From Neophaeotheca triangularis (Eukaryota), in the NCBI GenBank assembly GCA_054600435.1, contig BAAIJX010000005.1, positions 744,001 to 808,000 on the forward strand: DNA of 64,000 nt, given 5' to 3'. How positions within the stretch are numbered: position 1 is the first letter of the stretch; each line of letters opens with the position of its first letter. Below, one piece after another: positions 57,513-64,000 of this stretch. The notes beneath the pieces were generated by a model. It was not told where the DNA came from. It did no database searches and saw nothing but the letters and a program-made list of their open reading frames with translations. The position numbers and the translations under genes are program-made.

Positions 57513-58602
57513 GTAGCACAACGTGTGCGGGTTGACACAGGTGAGGGTGCTGAATAGACGGCGGGTGTTTTATTGAAGTTCGAATCATGACAGTATTCTG
57601 CGTGTAAGTCTCCAATCGAAAATGTCGATCTTCCACGCTTGCGAGGTTCTCTTTGCTTCGCGCTCCGCTACGTTCTTTCCCGACGTGTCGGAAGGGTTTT
57701 CTTGATAACCCCGCCTTGGATTTTGTGATCCTTGGTGGTCTGATGCTTCTGTGGTACCCTCGATCTTCTTTTCCACACATGTGAGCAAGCCGGTATTGAA
57801 GGTCTTACACGCCACCCGGCGTTCCGGGGGTCGGTGTTCTGGCGGTCTTGTGGGAAGGACTTGAGCGCAAACGAAAGGACCGGCCTCGATTGGCGCGATG
57901 AGACCTCTGCTGGGAGTTGATCGATGGAGAGGGACTCGGCGATTAGAGATGCGGCGTTGAGGCATAAGTAAGAGTCGTTTAAGCGTGAGAAGCCGGGACT
58001 ACTGAGTATAAGTGAGATGAGGTGAAATGAGGTAAGGTGATGCTCCATCCCCGGGGTTATCCTGCCCCTTCGCTGTTGCCTTCACTTTGGACCATTCTCG
58101 CAGGTCTTCTTCACTTGTCGCTCGTACAGCATCCCCTGTCCGGTCATGGCGCAAAAGAAGGAAGAGCTCAATGAATTTCCCGAGAAAGAACGGGGGCTTG
58201 CTGGCACCTCTGGACTACATCTGCCACGCGGTCCTGGTCATATGCTCCACTGTCACCATAGCTTCTTTACAAGAGGGAGGGAGGAGGTGATGTCGTCGAG
58301 CCAGAAACATCCGGCAGCTAGCGCCGGGCGAGACGAACCACCCAGCTCGCTCGCGCCTCCGCGCTAGCTGAGGGACGTGTTTCACCCGGCGACCTCACCT
58401 CGTCTTTTGGGCGAGACGGCAGGTGGTCTACACTGATTGGTGGGCGTAGCAAAGTCTGATGCTCGCTCGGGCCAGACTCACAAGCCTCTAACTAGTCACC
58501 ATGGCCTTTGACCCGTGCGGCTTGGCTCATTGTGAGGTTGTTTGGATCCCTTCCCTGCCTACCTACAGAAAGACATGCAAGTTCATTGGCGCTAGAAGTG
58601 TG

Positions 58603-60760
58603 CTAACGTGATGGAGACTCGGTCTCTTCGGTCTCACGCTCGTTGAGCGACAATATCACCCCGTCCGCTGCCCGCAACCTATGCCTCTCCACGACTGGTG
58701 GCATGCTATCAGGCAGTCAGCTTTCGCTATTCAATGACAAGGCACTACTTTGGTGGCCACTCTCATACCTAAGCACTTTTGGGTTTCCGTCATCTAAACG
58801 TGTCCCTAGATAACCGCATCGTGTCGGGCTCGTGGCCAGCACCTTCAACCGGTATTCGCCCGTGTCTTTGTCGGCCAAGTCATACAGCGAGTTGAAAAAG
58901 TCTCGGGTGTCATGGTACCGTTTGCGGTCTTCGTAAAAAGATACGCAATCGAGAATGAAGAACACCGAGCTTTTCTTAAGCTGTGCGTCCAGGAGACACA
59001 TGAAGATCGCGAGCAGATCATCAAAGCTCGTACAATCTGCACGTAGACCGGACAGAGTGACAGCTAGGAGGATGTTCCTTTCCCCCTTCTGCAGCAGCTG
59101 TCCTGTTGCATCTCGAAGAATATGATCAGCTCTGTCGTGGATGTTCCGATAGCAGGTCCAGTACAATACGACATCTTTACTTTGCTCCGCCAAAGCTTGC
59201 GCCATCATTGCAGAGAAAAGCGACACCGGCGAGTCCCGCTCGTGTGAAGCTTCTCGGCCGTTGACGACCAAGATATGCGATGATGAGTCGCTTTGGAGCC
59301 ATGTAAGAATCTCCGCCGATTGGAAGAGCCACACGGCACGATCTTGCGCTCGGATGTTGGTATCGATACCAGTTTTGAGACAGTCGAGGAGATCTTGGGT
59401 TTGTTTCACTGGGTCATATCCAAGCTCCAGAAGAAAGCCCCCTGCGGATATGATTAGCCGCCTGCCGATGCCATGTGTCTCTAACAGTACGGGACTTACG
59501 TTTATTAGTGTCAATCACGACCCCAAGCTGCTTCTCTAGCGCTAGAATAATTTCTTCCCTCTTTCGCGAGTGCTCTTCCTGCTGACGCTTCTCGCCTTCA
59601 TCGTATTGCAACTTTTCGCACGTGCGCTCGAGGGTGGCCACAGCTGTTTCCAGATTACCGGTGAAGAGTCCGAGCGCATTGTTCAGAACATTGACCTCGA
59701 CTCCACCTTCTCGCGAGCCTGAGGGCGATGTGTCAACGTCCATTGAGAAGATAATGGCGATTTTGATGTTGGAAGACTTACTAGTGTACATCTCGTGCAT
59801 CTTTGCGTGCAAACCTGCATCTGCTATTTGATCTATTTTGTGACCCAACCCTCTCAGTGCCGCTCGCTTCTCCTTCAACCCCTTCGCATGATCGCTACCT
59901 TTGAGTGCGGAAAATGCTTTAGTGACCGGATTCCTTGTCAACCAAGCCAGGCATTCTTGCAAGAGTTGTAGGATCGTCACCACCAGTTCAGACACGTGAT
60001 ACCTCATCATCCCAGTATCGTAACACCGAGCAAGATCCTTGACAATCTCCATCGTGAATGGGATTTGCTGAATCGAGTCTATGATCTCGCTGTTGACTTG
60101 ATTCAATTGGTGGGCAGCGGCTAGTACCAACTTCATGCCGCCACAAATTCCAGAACCCTGCCACGACTCCGACGGGAGGAACTATAGTTAACATTGATTA
60201 TTAGCTCAACTCTGCAAGAAGATTTGATTCCATCGTACTTGGAGAAACTGCTCGCATGGCACCGTTGAGCTCCGCAGCTTTCGAAGGCACTTTCTGATGT
60301 GGTCCGATTTTGCGTTGGATAGGTATTTGTACCGATCGTAGGCGACAACGACTCCGTTCAGCTGCTCAACAACATCGTTCCATCGATAATCACTCGATCT
60401 GTCCAGGCGAAAATCGAGTTTGACTTTGTTGTCCTTTTCGAATCTCGCTGCGGCTTCGAGAAATTCTTGCTGCTGACGGTTCATTTCGTCCGTCACCTGG
60501 ATCGGCTCGTTGATGACTTGGCTGTCATGCTCGACATACCGTCCTTTGGGGACACTGTAAACCGCATCCGAAGCGCTGAGTTGCTCGAATTTGGGATGCA
60601 CGCTCGCAAGGTGATTGTCCACGAATGCCACAACTGGATTCAGCTGCGGTTCGAGTCCTTTCTCTCTTAGCGGGATGGCGGACATGGTTACTGGAGTGCT
60701 CGACGGTTGATAAATTACGGTCCTTTCGAGGGCGGACATTTGCAGCGCTGGCGTCTTCAT
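58603..60760 (-). CDS. Multi-exon protein with degenerate NACHT/STAND-like NTPase domain and helical N-terminus (about 4 introns; first 60238-60182)
   Basis: ORFs 60206-60760, 59414-60136 and 58717-59514 join via GT..AG introns. WLQSDSSSHILVVNG..SPVSLFS lies at the Walker A position (no GK[ST]); VFFILDCVSFYE at Walker B; LKVLATSP. Confidence 0.7.
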
Positions 60761-62730
60761 CTATAGGAACCTCCATACCCAGCTATAGCTGCCACACGTC
60801 CCGGAGGCTGCCCCAAGGGCGCACGCAACGGCGCCAGAGTAGATGCTGTAGAGCATACACCACCAACATCGCCAGCTGCAGATCTCGCATCGTGCTAGCG
60901 GTCAGTGCATCAAGCGTGCTGGCACCTTAGGTACTCATTCATCTCTGGGTCGGCTCCAGAGCTGTCCGCTCCAGTACAGTAAGCCGCCACAGTGCTAGCC
61001 CGTAGACCACTGCTCGTTACTGACCGGTGCGACGCTGTTCGTGTTGATGCAGCCGCACATACGCAACCACTCTGACATCCACACCATCAATGCCTTTTAG
61101 GCTTTTACCTTGTCAGCTTACCCGTGCAGAAGCGACGTGACATTCTAGCTACCTACCTGTAAGCGCCTAGGCATCTGGATCACCACCGATGCCAAGCCCT
61201 TCAGCCTTGCCTTCACAAACTACAGTACTTAATCCCGAGTCGAATCCTTCAGCCTACAGCCTTATCTTTTTTTTTTTTTCCCTTCCACGGATCCCTTGCT
61301 ATCCATCCGAGGTATGGAGGGTGTTAAATCATCTCGCATCTTTCGTGGTTGTACTTGGTCACCTGCAGCTTGGTATTGACAAGGGCCTTGTCCTCTTCTC
61401 TCCGTACCTCAAATTCTGGATTTCCGTGCTGGTCCAGACTCGGACTTCAGCCATGCCAGCATGCCAGCCTTGCATTCAACCCCTCATCTTCATCATCCTG
61501 AACCAAAATAAGCCCGGAGGACGTTTCTACCGCCTTCATACCAGTTGGCAGAGCTCAGTCTGCGAAGCGCTTTGGGCTTGCCTGGGAATCATCTAGAGCC
61601 GAATATTTCAGCATTGTTCTCCTACCTCCTACCTTCTAAAAATTATCGACGGTACATCTTTCGACTCGTGTTTCGCACAGCTGGCACTGCATCTTTTAGC
61701 CACTTCCACCACGTTGGAGGTTGAGATCTGAGGTCAAAGACAAGCAAGTCTCAGCCTTGGGACCGGGCGGCAGTCGACCCAGTGTTCAAGCGGTACGTTT
61801 CCACTTCTGCTCTTCCACATGACATACAGGCCTACGTTATGTACCGAGGCCGTAAGCGAAAGATAGTGCTGTACTATACATCCCTCGAGCTCGTCGTTGC
61901 TCAAAGCTGAGTGTTGTTGATCTACGCAATATACGATCACACCATCCTAGAACAGCGGGTCTAGAGAAGAGGCAGGGTTATGTTCCTTGCTATACAATAA
62001 TACAACCTCAGCCTCGAATTTCCAGCGCCCCCTCGCTCTAGACACGAACGGCCTACGCTTCAGACAACAGAAACGACCGGCTAAAGTATACTAGAATTGC
62101 GTTGGCTCTGGAAACGGTCTTAAAGAGCCTTTGTACTCTTCATCAGCCTGAAATTCGCCTTAACACCCAGCGAGATTGAATTCAGCCCCCATCACGGAAT
62201 ATCGATGAATCGAGATACAACAAGGCAAGGAGCTTGTAAGTGGCAATACCATGAGCTTGCGGCTGCGTTCCTTTCACGACAGTGATGTTCAGACATCGGC
62301 TTGCGCGCTTATGCACATGGAGGAGTAGGGTCTCATTGGAGGTTGCACCGGCATGTCCGATGACTGACATGACCGGCCAAACTTGACTCCATGACTTTCA
62401 GGACAGCTCAGCTGTATGAAGACAGTCTCGCGTAGCTGTACACTCTAGGCTGTCAACTGTGCCGCCCACGAGGTAAAGTATCCAATATTGCATGCACACC
62501 ATGCAGCTTACCCAGCCGTAAGCTTCATTCAGGAAAGGATACGTCCGGCGTCTGCTCGTGTACACTGGACGGGATTGTATTGGCTGCCAAGCTTCAATGC
62601 GTTATATCAAGGTGCGACGACCCGCTCTTCCCGAGCGCAAACACATTACGAACGTTTTACTTTATCCTTGCAAAGGCCATTGACCGCGATTGTTTCTGTC
62701 TCAATGTAATTGCGATTGCCTCTCTCAAGG

Positions 62731-64000
62731 ATGGCTACCACACAGTCCACACTCTTATCTTCAAATGGAGATGGCCACGTGCAGATCAAATCTGGCTCAG
62801 CGATTTCTGGAGAGGCGACCCCAAACATCCCGTCCAGCGGACATGATACACCCTCAGGCGACTTGGCTCCGTCGAAAATCGGCTTGAACGACGAAGTCGC
62901 TACCAATGGGACAGGCGCCAAGCCTGCCGGCTCCCTCGAGATAGCTGCTGCCACAGTCGACACTGCTATCGGGGAAACAAACGACCACGTCGGTAAAGTT
63001 AAAGCCGATGGATACGAGACTGACCAGGAGGATGAGTATACCCTCAAACAAACCCTTGCAGATGATCTACGATACCCAAGCCTGGCTGCACCCTTGGAGG
63101 AACGGCGAAAGTCTTCCCAAAAGCGAAGCCTCCAAGCTTCCTCTTATTTAATATTGCTCGAAGATCGCGTGCGAGATCTCGAAAAGATCGTAACTGCTCT
63201 ACAAACGGAAAAAGTCGATGCAAAGGCAGACGCGGCTGACGATCAGACTGAAGCGCAGCCTGAAGCGAACGTCCACAAATCCGACGACCTGCGCCCGGTC
63301 GTGGCCAAATTGCAGTGGGCCGCATTCTCTGGAGCCGTATCCACCACCCCCTTGGCAAAAGATGTCCATGTTGTAGAGCTCCTGATTCAGCGGCCATACT
63401 CCTTTGAGGTTCGAAGCCAATCCTTGGGGAAACGCCACCGGAAGCACCTTGACCCTCCGGATGAACAGTCGGAGGCGCTCGTGCAGCGAATCAGGCACAA
63501 CTCAGAGAGCTTGTCACGCATTTTCGAAGAAATCCTGGACAAAGATCATTACCCAAAAGAGGCGGAGGATCAACTCAGACCTTTCAAAGCCCTGGTACCA
63601 TACGCTGAAGAGCTTCGCGCAAAGAAGGAAGAGCTGGAAGAGTTGCTGTCAAATTTACCAGCGCCACCAGAGGATTCATCGGTGGGTGATGGCGAACCGA
63701 AGTCATCCCCTCTCGCTCACAACGAGACTCGTAGTGGCGGGGAGGCGAAGCAAGTTCCTGTATTTCACGACGCTGCTCCCCTGGCCGATTCACCATTGCC
63801 TGGATCGGATGCGAAAGATATTGAGTCAGACAAGGAGCGGTCTGACGTTGTCAGATCGCTTGAGCATCTTCAGCCTCTACTCGATTGTCTGAATGGCAAC
63901 CTTGCCGTTGAAGTGGCTCGTCACCAGAGGCTGAGAGCGTGCCACACTGGCGGTAAAGCGGCGGGCTCTACCAGAGTTTCCTTTGATGAGCTGTGGCACC
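62731..64000 (+). CDS. N-terminal part of a probable fungal AAA+ ATPase (DUF7025-type N-region); runs off window
   Basis: Frame open from ATG 62731 to window end: QRIRHNS, RPFKALVPY, EHLQPLLDCL, RVSFDELWH, the pattern that precedes the AAA domain in this family. The ATPase motifs themselves are not in the window. Confidence 0.68.
   Translation, partial: MATTQSTLLSSNGDGHVQIKSGSAISGEATPNIPSSGHDTPSGDLAPSKIGLNDEVATNGTGAKPAGSLEIAAATVDTAIGETNDHVGKVKADGYETDQEDEYTLKQTLADDLRYPSLAAPLEERRKSSQKRSLQASSYLILLEDRVRDLEKIVTALQTEKVDAKADAADDQTEAQPEANVHKSDDLRPVVAKLQWAAFSGAVSTTPLAKDVHVVELLIQRPYSFEVRSQSLGKRHRKHLDPPDEQSEALVQRIRHNSESLSRIFEEILDKDHYPKEAEDQLRPFKALVPYAEELRAKKEELEELLSNLPAPPEDSSVGDGEPKSSPLAHNETRSGGEAKQVPVFHDAAPLADSPLPGSDAKDIESDKERSDVVRSLEHLQPLLDCLNGNLAVEVARHQRLRACHTGGKAAGSTRVSFDELWH

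Noticed and set aside
57499..58367. Short ORFs between the lipase and the NACHT-like gene
   Set aside because: No recognisable motifs or consistent splice model; cannot support a gene.

Overview
Gene-dense ascomycete (Pezizomycotina, probably Dothideomycete-like) genomic DNA with short GT..AG introns and CTAAC/CTGAC branch sites. It holds about 29 protein-coding genes: IRE1 3' part, a CFEM protein, ADE8, ERD1, a GliK-like GGCT, DUF427, YIP3/PRA1, ERJ5-like DnaJ, RAMP4/YSY6, NatB MDM20, an FAD monooxygenase, taxilin, CYM1, DUF1749, two tandem DUF7730-like paralogs, quercetinase, TRM140, COQ10, BXI1, fasciclin, a class-3 lipase, a degenerate NACHT-like gene head-to-head with an AAA-ATPase-like gene, and several hypotheticals, two of them small spliced genes missing from the ORF track. 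The most striking signals are non-coding. (1) A ~265-nt minus-strand structured RNA at 10792-10528 with a U6/SNR6-type Pol III layout (TATA at -32, internal A box, T6 terminator, downstream B box), a 20-nt closing stem, three copies of a 16-nt hairpin motif and a 3' hairpin; I cannot match it to any known RNA class. (2) A ~1.1-kb, densely base-paired plus-strand region between the CFEM gene and ADE8 that ends at a GTAAGT donor with a branch site but no nearby YAG. All structures and gene models were derived by eye and need computational or experimental confirmation.
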